A stretch of 53,566 nucleotides of DNA, counting the filler, from Jimgerdemannia flammicorona (Eukaryota): the NCBI GenBank assembly GCA_003990765.1. It is 3 parts of 3 records of this genome, joined end to end, with 100 filler letters (N's around TTAATTAATTAA, not from the genome) between each part and the next. Parts side by side here need not be neighbours in the genome. Positions count along the whole stretch, not along the records: positions 1 to 17,795 come from RBNJ01002407.1; positions 17,896 to 35,681 come from RBNJ01002408.1; 1 more part is not named here. One strand, given 5' to 3'. A program made the position numbers and the translations under genes. The notes beneath the pieces are model-generated. The model was not told the DNA's origin, did not search any database, and saw only the letters and a program-made list of their open reading frames with translations. Shown in pieces: positions 11,954 through 23,345 of the stretch (the first letter of the stretch is position 1; every line of letters starts with the position of its first letter).

Positions 11954-13120
11954 ATAAGATCAGTCTTATTCTGGAGATACTAGAGAAAGTATAAATATAA
12001 AAGAGTATAAGTGAGAGTCAATCTCTAATAATATATTACCAATCTCTCTTCTTTAGTGATAAAAATTGATAACTGCACCAACCTCTCTTTTCCAGACTAC
12101 TCCAAAAACTGAAGCTCTCTCTACTTACTCTAGCAATGCTAGAGAAAGTCTAAAGAAATGTGAGTATAAGAGAATATGAGTGAGTGTCAATCCAGTGATG
12201 AAAATCAATAACCACACCAACCTTCCTTCTTCAGACTACTCCAAAAACTGAAGCTCTCTCTACTTACTCTGGTAATACTAGAGAAAGTCTAAAGGAATAT
12301 GAGAATGTAAGTGAGAGTCAATCTAGTGATGAAAATTGATAACTGTACCAATCTCTCTTCTCTAGTGACAAAAATTAATAACTATACCAACCTCTCTTCT
12401 CTAATGACAAAAATCAATAACTGTACCAACCTCCCTTCTCCAGTGACAAAAATCATTAACTATACCAACCTCTCTTCTCTAGTAATAAAAATTAATAACT
12501 ATGCCAACTTCTCTTCTCTAGTGACAAAAATCAATAACTATGCTAACCTTCTCTCTTCTCTAGACTACTTCAAAAACTGAAGCTCTCTCTACTTACTCTG
12601 GCAATGCTAGAGGAAGTCTAAAGGAATATGAGAATACAAGTGAGCTAATCCAGTAATGAAAATTGATAACTGTACTAACCTTCCTTCTTTAGACTACTCC
12701 AAAATCTAAAGCTCTTTCTACTTACTCTAGCAATACTAGAGGAAGTCTAAAGGAATATAAAAATATAAGTGAGAATCAATCCAGTGATAAAAATTGATAA
12801 CTATACTAACCTCTCTTCTCTAGTGACAAAAATTGATAATCTCACCAACCTCTCTTCTCTAGTGATGAAAATTAATAACTATGTCAACCTCTCTTCTTTA
12901 GTGACAAAAATTGAACCCCTCTTCTCCAGACTACTCCAAAATCTGATGCTTTCTCTACTTACTCTGGCAATGCTAGATGAAGTCTAAAGGACTATAAGTA
13001 TAAGAGAATACAAGTAAGAGTCAATCTAGTAATAAAGATCAATAACTATATCAACCTCTCTTCTCTAAACTACTCTAAAAACTAAAGCTCTCTCTACTTA
13101 CTCTAATGATACTAGAGGAG
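11954..13120 (+). repeat. right arm of the modular inverted repeat flanking the transposase
   Basis: Same 39-bp units and AGACTACTCCAAAAACTGAAGCTCTCTCTACTTACTC modules in opposite orientation. The inner ends match (AAGATCAG..). Confidence 0.85.
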
Positions 13121-14559
13121 TGAGAGCTAGTAATAAGAACAACAAATACTACTCTTCTATAATGACCACCTCATATTGATAAATAATATTATTTCTAATA
13201 ATTATTTCAAATAGTTATAATCAAAATTATTCTAAAAATAATTAAAATAGTTCTCCAGTCTATCCATTAGACCATTGAGTAAGAGTTATAAGACTCTGAC
13301 TATTCTAGTTTAAGGTCTGGTTTGAATCTTAAAGAGAATTAATTTTTTTTTTATTTTTTTTTTATTTTTATAATTATATCTTTATTTATTTTAAATATAT
13401 TTTATTATATTATTTGATTATTTTACAGATTTTTATTTATTGAAATATTGAGTTCAAGATCTATAAGACTAGATTATAGTCTTAAATTAGAGACTAGTAG
13501 TAGAGATTAGTTCTTAAATATTGAAATACTATATCTTATAGACTTAAATCAAAGGCTAATAGCAGAGGCTAGTTCTAATGACAGCCTTAAATATTGAAAT
13601 GCTATATCTTGTAGTCTTAAATCAGAGGCTAGTCACTATATTGGTCTTAAATTATAGGCCAAATATCTATTTCAACTATATAGTAATTATGTGACTATTT
13701 ATATGACTGATGTAACAGAATATCCATGATACCCATATCTCTATCTATATTATATTTTATCTCTTAAAATAGTTTGATTATGTGATCATATAAAGAATTC
13801 ATAAGCCACTCTAGAAAACTAATTATAAACTAAAAAATATATATATAATTATATATAATTATATACCACCAAAGTATCTGAAGAAAGAGACTAATGATTG
13901 ACTATATCTAATAAGGTAAATAATAGGTATTTTCTAAATTTATTTCACACTCCATTCTCAATTTCTCAAGATCTTATTCCATAAGTTAATAGAGTACTAT
14001 TCCCACTTCTTTTTACATCCCCTCATACTTGGAACTTAAAGTCTCAGAGATTCTTAATCTCCAACCATATCTCAGTAAGATATATATAACAATTTATTTA
14101 TATATTTCAAAAAATCATTCATTTACCAAACTCACAAGCCCAGCTATCATCTTATTTACTAAATCATTATCAGGATCTTCAATCAGTACTCTAAATGTAA
14201 TTTCATTTTCTATTGAACTGCAGATAAAGTACTCAGATATAATGACACTATATTTTACATCTGAGTTGACTGCAATCCTTTCTCTACTTTCTTTGATATT
14301 TTAGATTATTGAATGCCCTATTGCCTAGTTGATCCTTGAGCTTATTAATCTGTCTATATATTTTTTCAATATAGATATAGAAATCTACCGGAATGAAGGT
14401 ATCACTTTTGAGGAAAATTTGTACATATTCATTATTTACCTCATTAATCAGAAGGTAGGGAAGAAGATGTTCATTTATGATTGAAAAAAAAATTATCAAT
14501 TAACCATCAAATATTTGGATAAATAATAATAATATTATTATTACTTTATTATATTACTT

Positions 14560-15422
14560 ACCTTCCTTTATCAAACTACTTTTATTGGCTTTTCTAATTT
14601 TGACCAAAGAATCTTGGAGACAATTCTCACACAACCACTGGTCATACCAAGTCTCTGTAAAAAGATACTGCAATCTGGTTAGACTCAGATTATTGTAGCT
14701 CTTATAGTTATTGATCCTGCCTTTGTTACTTGAATTTTGCAGTCTATCTCCTAACTATGTAAATATATAATATTTATATGATTTACAGTAAGTAATAGAT
14801 GCAAGAACAAAATGAATATAAGCTACTCACCCTTTCATTAACTTCAAGATCAGAGATGTCTGGCTGTAATTTTTGCTTTCATCTAATTATCTTTTACATT
14901 TCATATACTTTGCAGGCCCAGAGCTTCATAATCTTCAAAAATTCTTTATAAAACATATTAATGTCAATACAGCAGCATGAGTTGGGTTCCAAACTAGAAA
15001 GCAGAAGGCTTTCCACCTCTGGGCTAAGCTGATGCTCTTATGGACTAGATGAGAAGATGGATTTGCAGTTCTCAAGATATTTGTTATACCAATCATCTTT
15101 ATTATATACCAGTTTCCACAGTGGTTTGCCCCTCAGTAAGGTGAAGAGCATATAGGATACTGACCAAATATTAGTGACAAATGAGTTATAATTATCTTTG
15201 AAAAAGCAGATTATGAGACTGAAAAACTTATTGATATATTATTGTTATCTTATTGAATTTGAAATTTGAATATATATAACTCTAATGAAATCAACTTTAT
15301 ACTTTAAAATATTCCCAAAAGCACTATATCCTGATAACAGCTCTCATCTTGATCTTTACTCCCTTAGTTTCTTGAAATATTAAGTGGGTGATTTTTATAA
15401 AATACAAATTTTTTCAATATAA

Positions 15423-15491
<69 letters not shown>

Positions 15492-15990
15492 GTCTCTTGG
15501 ACTCCTTTTCATTATTAATACTCCATCTATCTAAATAGAAATATATTGAGCTCACCCCTATCCAATCTCTCTAGAGAGTTCTTCTCTCTCCACTCTCTTA
15601 CAATGAAAGACCACTAGGTCATTAATTATTACAATCTGCCTACCACTCTGTCAATAAATTTCCCAACAACCCCTCCTATCTTAACAACTTCTCTTATAGA
15701 TTCATCTGTTGTCTCTCCTCAAAAATGAAGAGCCAATGTCCAGCCAGCCCTATCCAAATAGCTAAAACCCATTCTATAGTGAGCCATTCATTGCTCACCC
15801 CTCCCACTAACCTATTTCTCAAATCCTCCCATTGACCTCTCTTTCCATCTAATCTCCTCCTAACCCCCAACCTTTCATCTCAATATAATCTTTATCATTT
15901 TGATCTACCATTTTATCTTGCTTATGCAAAACTGCTTTTTGGTAAATCAAAGTTCTTGTTGCAAGTTCTGAATTCTTGACCAGACCTGTT
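14560..15990 (-). pseudogene. degenerate Ser/Thr protein-kinase-like gene relic, interrupted by a LINE fragment
   Basis: - strand GYSAFGNILKYK (Gly-rich loop-like) and NIWSVSYMLFTLLRGKPLW...LSPEVESLLLSSLEPN (subdomains IX-XI-like). A later WLCENC is followed by a GTAAGT donor. The central catalytic subdomains are not seen. Confidence 0.45.
15425..15879 (-). mobile_element. 5'-truncated non-LTR retrotransposon 3' end with poly(A) and TSD
   Basis: T64 tract at 15425-15488. TCAATATAATC is duplicated at 15414-15424 and 15880-15890. Confidence 0.85.
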
Positions 15991-16951
15991 ATGATGGGTC
16001 AGAGTAACTGATATATATAATGCTCTCTCTCTTACCTTTTTTTTTCTTTTTTGATAATCTAATGATAATCTATAATCTATATTAGGTTCTTGCTTATTGA
16101 TAGACTTAAAGCTATGATCTAATTGCCTTTGATCTACTGATCTCTTCTCAGGTATTGTGATGAGGTATTTGGATATATTAATGGATTCTCAAGTTTAATC
16201 CTAAATCTTTCAATTGGTGGAAACTAAGATAGTCAGTATGAAAACTGAAGACCAGAAATTCATCTAAGAAATTATAGTAATCAAGATTGAAGGTCAAGTG
16301 GTTTTAACAAAGAAAGATTAAATATCTATTTATTCTAGTTCAAGTTCTCTATAATATAACATAATGTAAATAAATAGTCTAAGGAAATAATTGCTCTAGG
16401 ACTGTATTTTTAAAATGATGTCATATATTTAGCGAGAGTTAGATGATATAACATCAGTGTATCTATAAATTAGGATTCAATTTAAATTGATTTAAATCAG
16501 ACTTAAATCAAACTGACTCATTCTGAGCACTATCTTTATATCTGATAGTCTCTTAGGCTCAAGAGAATAGGAGCATATGAACTATAATATATATATAATA
16601 AGATTACTAGTATACAAATGATAGTATATATTATATAAATAAATAAACTATTTATAAGCTATAGTAAGATCTTATAAAGACTTAAACTAAATTATATTTT
16701 TCACCTCAAGCTGTTGATATATTTATCAGTCCATATATCAAAACCTGATGATCTTTCTCTCTGTTCTTTACTAACTCTTTCTTAGTTCTGCATAGCCTAC
16801 ACACTACTTAATATCCTATACTACCTAGCAGACCAACTCTACCTACTATCTTCTGAATACTACCACTAGTATATTTGCATACTTTTTACCACTACTCTGC
16901 CAGATATCTCTCTGCTACAGCTATAGTCCATTGTATACATAATATATATAT

Positions 16952-17795
16952 TGTGACGGTACAGCCAGATTTGGAAGAAGGAAATAGGGAATAGACACTT
17001 GATCGCACCCATTCCCAAAGTAGTATAGCATCATAGTTAGCAGTCCCCGATTTCGACATTGTCTAATTTCTTAGACATTGTCTAAATTTTAGACATTATC
17101 CAAATCGAATACCCCAATTTAGTATAGCATTTAGACATCATCCAAATGTTTCGACAAAGTCCAAATAACTCATTTATTACTTAGCCACCCTCTCATAGCT
17201 AGCAAACTTGTATAAATAACCCAGTATCTTCAAGTGAATAAACCTCAGATCGAAATAGTTCAAAGCAAAGAGATAGCAAAGGAACTAGTAAGCCTGCGGG
17301 CAGATACACTTCGAACTCACCCACCCTCCCCTGCAACTTCAAGAGACTCTGCGAGAGTCAGAACAGTCAAGTTTTCAAGATACAGAAATCTGATGTACTT
17401 TCAAGAGTAAGCGTCCGCTACGTTACAACTTGGTGCCCATTGGCTGGTGATTCAAGACGAATCCCTCACTTTCAAGCTGAACAACGAACAACCGCCACTA
17501 CCCGAACAACCATACAAACCGAGCCCCAATACCCAGACAAGATAGATATGAGACTGCCAGTATTCCACAGATATACCTCAGATGAATCAATCATCACCTT
17601 CATTGATGATTTCGAGCAGTATGCCGCTGTAAGGACCCTGACAGCAGCACAGCAAGTAGCCCTCATGCCCTTCAGCCTACGAGGCCCTGCCAGAGCAGCA
17701 TTCACAGCCGCAACTCATGCAGGAAATGATGACAATGCCATACTGACAGCACAGAAGACCTGGCTCCGAAACACATATTACACAGACGAGATCAA
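16952..17795 (+). mobile_element. gag: 5' part of Ty3/gypsy element 'F' (476-bp LTR, PBS, start of gag), cut by contig end
   Basis: TGTGACG at 16952 to CGTTACA at 17427, with TATAAAT and AATAAA inside. PBS TGGTGCCCATTG at 17431. Gag LPVFH..ESIITFIDDFEQYA..SLRGPAR is homologous to A/B gag. Confidence 0.85.
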
Positions 17796-17895
17796 NNNNN
17801 NNNNNNNNNNNNNNNNNNNNNNNNNNNNNNNNNNNNNNNTTAATTAATTAANNNNNNNNNNNNNNNNNNNNNNNNNNNNNNNNNNNNNNNNNNNN
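17796..17895. other. assembly gap with artificial TTAATTAATTAA linker
   Basis: N44 + TTAATTAATTAA (17840-17851) + N44. Confidence 0.98.
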
Positions 17896-18320
17896 CAGTC
17901 ACATCTCCAACCCCTACTCCCCCTCCCCCCATACCGACTGAGGCTCCCATGGGGGATCCTCCCTGCCCTCCTTCTGAACCCGGCATCACCTTCCCCAGTC
18001 CCAACCAACCATCCAGCCCTGCGGCCATCTTCCCCATCCTGACCTTGTCGGCAAAGGTCGCCCTCCCCCCACCTCTCTGCCTCAGTCCACCTCTCCCTCC
18101 ACCTCCAGTGCCACCGCCCACCACCGACGGCCCTGGCATCCCCAGACCATCTCCTCGTTTCCTCCCAACCTGCTGCCAGGCGAAGGCACAGCTGCCCCCC
18201 TGGCCGACCTGCCCACCAGTTTGCTCGTTGCTCACCATGTTGATAGTAGCTTTTCACCAAAAACTTCGCAGAAAGTGTTGTCCAAATCTTGTGTCACCTG
18301 AATGTTACCGGTGAAAGGTG
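17896..18320 (-). mobile_element. 5' end (5' UTR and ORF1 start) of a non-LTR element abutting element E pol
   Basis: Starts CACCTTTC with an ATG at 18238. The UTR and GGSxAFxWQxV...DGLGM...FxDxxRxG match the element at 21600. Confidence 0.7.
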
Positions 18321-21300
18321 TCAGAATGTCACACTATCTGATTGAGTTCAAACAACAACACATAGATGAAATACTATAAAATAGAGTTATCAGACCCTCA
18401 TCAGGCCCCTGGGCTTCACAAGCATTATAATATCAAAGAAAGAAGGATGGAGACTAGTTGTAGACTTCAGAAAACTCAACAAGGTTACTATAGAAAATGT
18501 CTACCCACTACCCAGAATTGATGACCTCCTCAATACCCTAGAAAAAGGCAAGTACACGACCACTACTAATCAGTTTCAAGGATTCTAAGTAATACTTATT
18601 GCCAATAATGATATCTGCAAGATGGTCTTTATTATCAGATAAGGATAGTATGAATATCTCCAAATGCTATTTGGACTCTACAATGTGCCAGCCTCATTCC
18701 AGCAAATGATGAACTATATCTACTAGGACCTCATTGAGAGAAATATGCTAGTATATATAGATAATGTAATAATCTACTCTGAGACATTTGAATAATACTT
18801 GTAAGACCTCTATGAAGTATTTGACACTATCTGAAACTCAGAACTCAGACTTAATGCCAAGAAGTATTTCTTTGGAAAACACCAAGTTGAATATCTGAAA
18901 TATATAGTTTCAGCCCAGAGAACCTACACTGACCCATGTAAGGTGGAGAAAGTCAAGAATTATCCTACTCCTACCTTAGCAAAGGAAGCTCTAATCTTTC
19001 TCATATTGGTATCTTACTACCAGCAATTAATTTCAAGATTTTCAGACAAGACAGCTCTACTATACAATATTTCCAAGAAAGACAAACTATTTTACTGGAA
19101 GGAAGAACAACAGAAGTCCTTTGACCTATTCAAGAAGGCTCTCACTGAAGCCCCTGTCTTAGTGTGACCAGACTTTGACAAACTATTCATTCTGGTAACT
19201 AATTTCTCTGCTCTTGGACTTGAATTAATTCTATTCCAGTAAGATAACTAGAAGAAAGAACATGTCATTGAGTAAGCTAGCAAGGCTACTAACAAAACAC
19301 AAGCAAACTATGAAGCTATCAAGCTAGAATATCTTACAGTAGTATAGGCTATAGATCACTTCAGACACTATCTCTTGGGAAAGAGATTTGCTCTCATTAC
19401 TGACCATCAAGCTCTATAATAGTTGTTCAACAAACCAGAACCCTTAGGAATCTTTGCCAGATAGATCATGTCTCTGCAAGAATATCAGTTCACCATTGTC
19501 TACAAGAAAGGTATCAAGAATACCAACATTGATACTCTATTAAGAATCCTACAAACTTAAGAGAAGGAGCCCTCATGAGGGAAGGCTGCTTCCCACCTAT
19601 CTAAATGAACCAAGAACTGTGCCTTACTCTCATCTAAAGCCTATACCACAGCAGCTTCAAGAAAGAAATTCAGCCAGCTCACAAACAGTTCATTTAAAGG
19701 AATTTCAAGAAATTTCAAGAAGATGATGGTGAACTTTGGAGAGGAGAAGGAGATCAATATACCTAAGTTCTATAAGAGATGAAATACTAAAGATACTCAC
19801 AACCAACTATGATCAAAATGTACACTGAGAAATTGGAGTCACTATTACAAAAATTAATAAGAGATACTAGTAGCCAAAAATGAGAAAACAAATTTCAACT
19901 CACATTCAACAATGTGATATCTATTAAAGATACTGACAAAAGCCAATCAATAAAGCACTACTAATATCAATCACAGTATTAGCTGGAGCCTTTCAGAGAC
20001 TAGGAATAGACATTATATATCTTCTACCAATAATATATCAAGAAAGATACTATATTCTCACCATGGAAGATCACCTAACAAAATGGCCTGAAGTCTTTGC
20101 CATTGAGACTACTGATGCTCAGACAATCATTGGGATTTTATAAGATGAAATTTTCAGCTACCATGGGGTTTCCAAAGAAATCATCACAGACCAAGGCCAA
20201 GAATTTGTCAACAAAGCCATAAAGACCTTTGCAAGCAACTTCAAGATCAAACTGTACCCAACAATAGTCTACCACCTACAAGCCAATAGACTTACTGAAT
20301 AAATGAACCAGACCATCAAGTGAGGCTTCAGCAAAACTAGAGATTAGCTAAACTGAGACATATTCCTTCCAGCAATCCTATTCAGTATCTATACTTTAAA
20401 GATAACTACTACCCAACAAATACCTTTTTATTTGGTGTATAGCTAAGAAGCACAAGACTCTGCTGAACCAATCCAGTTGGATTTGACAAAATGAGACACT
20501 GAAGAGATCACTCAATTATACAAAGTATGCCAATAAGCATAAGGATTTATCACCAAAGCACAAGTATGGCAAAAGAAGTATTATGACCACAAAGCTGACC
20601 TAGAATCTCTACTTATTAGACAACAAGTCTTAGTATATCACATAATTGTAAAAGGAAACTAGAGCACCAAACTTGAACTGAAATGAAAAGAACCTTATCT
20701 TATACATCAAGTATTTATGAACCATACCTACCAACTCAAGACCTTAGATAGAGTTATACTCAAGAATAGAATACACCACAACCATATAAGATCTTACTAC
20801 TTAAAGAAAGCAAAACACATTTGAATAATTCCAATTACCTCATCTATATCATCTCTATTAAAGAATGATGGACACTTTATTTGGAACTCAAGAAAGTCAA
20901 CAATATCAAAACCAGTCTCAAGTCCATCTGCATGACAGATAATAAGCTACTAGAAATTGCCTCAGATTATAGGAAATACTATGTCTGAGAGGTTCAAACC
21001 CCCAGCCACAACAATGGGAGTCCTTGCCTTAGACCAGGATGGCCAGTCCTCACAAATGTACCAAAAGTACAAAAAAAAGAGAACTAAGACCTGCTATTTC
21101 TATATAACCACTACTATTAAGGACAGCTCTAATTTTGCAAGAAGCAGATGTGACAATATCTTTGAAATTGGTGACATCAGAATCTGAAGACTGCTTAGAC
21201 TTAGCAAGCCACTAGTTATAAGTTATGACTCAACTCTGACTCATCTTGATTGTAAGATGATCTGCAACTGATTCATGATGACTCATAATAACTTCAGCAG

Positions 21301-21599
21301 TACTACTCAAGTCAGATAACCCTATACTCTGGACCAAAAGAGCAGACCCTCAAGATATAAAGGAAGTATTAAGAGAAAGAGGACAAGGCATCAATTACAA
21401 AGTTCACTACAAAACAAAATACCTGACATCTGCCAAATAGTAAGGTCAAGGAGTCACCCAGATTCATCAGTCTAAGAATAAATATCTCTAATATCAAGAG
21501 GACAATGAGGCTGCATACAAGAAGGATCTCTAGTCTGAACATCTATATAAGAGACCCCTACCACTATACCCTCAACTACCAGAAAATGGAGATAAGAAT
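18321..21599 (+). mobile_element. pol: Ty3/gypsy element 'E': RT-RH-IN, post-IN module, start of probable 3' LTR
   Basis: SGPWAS, LVVDFRKLN, YPLPRIDD, VYIDNV, LITDHQAL, LTKWPE, TDQGQEF and YHLQAN motifs with many stops. Purine tract AAGAAGCAGA followed by TGTGAC at 21149. Confidence 0.88.
21419..21599 (+). pseudogene. N-terminal remnant of the accessory ORF in the probable LTR of E
   Basis: (M)PDICQIVRSRSH..IKRTMRLHTRRISSLNIYIRDPYHYTLNYQKMEIRI aligns to A (MPTACQTSRSRNH..IRRAMGTCSRRTPSIHLGIADPYHFILYYHEMETRI) with one frameshift. TATAAAG at ~21356. Truncated by a LINE. Confidence 0.8.
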
Positions 21600-23345
21600 C
21601 ACCTTTCTCTGCTACAATTCACGTTACACACACTTTTACAACACACTTTAAAGTCGTTTATTGGAGAAAGGTATTAAGGCAATGTCAACCAGCAAGCAAG
21701 TAGATGCACATACTAGGTCAGGTGGATCTGAGGCCTTCAACTGGCAATATGTCAGACAAAGAGATGGGCTTGGGATGGGGTCTTTTGGTGGTCTGAGTGG
21801 GTAAGGCAGCTCAGGCAGTGGAAGTGGTGCTGGTGGTGGAGCTGAAGAGCAGGCAGGGAGGAGCTTTACAGACACATTGAGGGATGGTAGTTGGCTGGTG
21901 GGACCTCAGGGTGGGCAGGCTGGAGGGAAGGAGAAGCAGAAGATTGGGGAAGCTGGAGGAGCTGGAGGAGCTGGAGGAGCTGGAGGAGCTGGACCTCAGC
22001 TGATGGGTTGTAGGACTGGTGGGATGACTGCTGGAAGTAGTGATGGGACTGCTGCTGGTGGCATGACTAAGAATCTGAAAAAAAATTCAGATGTAACTGT
22101 TGATGGTGGGGCTGGGCAGATGGGCCCAAAGTGGAAGGGGGACCTGGCTGATGGTGTGACAAGGCTAGCAGTGGCAATATTACTCAAGAAGTCGATTTTG
22201 GAGTTTGTGGCTACCTTGTGCTTCCAGGGCTTGGTAGTGACAGCAAGGATGGTCCTGGGGCTTATCTCACAGCAGATGGCTGGAGCAGCCTTGATGAAGT
22301 TTCTGAAGGGGCTGGAGGGAGTTGAGGTGAGCTTTGAGAAGGCAGGCCCACTAGATGAGGCTCTGAAGACTGGAGTGGTAGTCAGAGAAGTTGTGGTCCC
22401 TATGGTGTGCTGCCTTAGGTGAGACCCTAGGGTGGTACAGTTGCCAGTAAAGAGGGTACCTATGGTGACAAAGGCTGAGACTAGGAGGAGGGTGGAGGAG
22501 GTGATGGCAGAGTATAGCAATATGGTGGATATCGGCTTTTAGATGTAGGAGGAGACCACTGTTAGGAAGGTAATATTAATGTCAGGATTAGACTGGCTGG
22601 GAGAGAGGCCACAGAGAAGATGAGTGACTGGCCCTCAGTATTGATGTGGGGGGCATTTGTCTGTAAGGTGTTGAGGGTGAAGGGGAGTGAAGAGGAGGAG
22701 GACTTGTTGGAAGCACTGGAGGAGTTGAGTGATGTGGTCGAGCAGTGGGTGAAAGTCTGGAAGCTATATGAGAAGTTGATGTACCTGGAGATTATTGATG
22801 GGAAGTATATTTGTACTGACAAGAGGCAGTGGGAGAGGGCTCAAGGACGTAAGAGGCAGCAGAAGCTGCTGGCAAGCATGTAAGGTAGGGCAAAGATGAA
22901 GGCTGGGGGCACTGGGAAGTCTGAGGGTATAGAGGTGAGTATCTGGGCTAATGAGAGTGGAAGCAATGAGAAGGAGAAAATGAGAGGAGCTGAGAAGGTA
23001 CCACACAAGGACCCGTTCACTGATGGCACATTTGAAGTATGGGACCTGGTCATAGAGAACACTCCCCCTCTAATCAGGTCAGGTCCAGCAGCTAGGGGTC
23101 AGATAGAGGGGGATGTGTTGATGAAGAGTGCTCAGAGGGTTCACTTTGGGGTTTCTGATGTAACAAAAGGTAGTTGAGTGGTTGCAGTTGGTAAGGATGA
23201 GCTGGTGGATGTCCTGGAGGAGGGGTGGGATAAGACTGCCAGTGTAGGGGCAGACACTATAATGCTTGATACAGGGAGGCTGGGGATTCCAGGAGGGAAG
23301 GAGGTGGGGAACCTGCTATAGATGAGCAAGATGATGGATAACTTT
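21600..23345 (+). mobile_element. L1/Tx1-like non-LTR element: 5' UTR and degenerate ORF1, 3' part missing
   Basis: CACCTTTC 5' end and ATG at 21682. A Gly-rich N-terminus precedes an RRM-like VEVSFE..DEALKTGVVVREVVVPM..VQLPVKRVPM..EEVMAEY segment resembling L1/Tx1 ORF1. Confidence 0.6.

Noticed and set aside
9253..13120. Regularly spaced repeats resembling a CRISPR array, and 'VTKINNY' repeat proteins
   Set aside because: The units are tandem and degenerate with no unique spacers and no cas genes, in eukaryotic context. The ORFs are by-products of a 39-bp unit.
13450..13660. Short ~65-bp tandem duplications
   Set aside because: Two or three decayed units with no assignable function. They may be subterminal to the DNA transposon but this cannot be verified.
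17840..17851. TTAATTAATTAA palindrome (also 35726-35737)
   Set aside because: Artificial all-frame stop linker inside N gaps. Adjacency across the gaps is not reliable, so F and E were not joined into one element.
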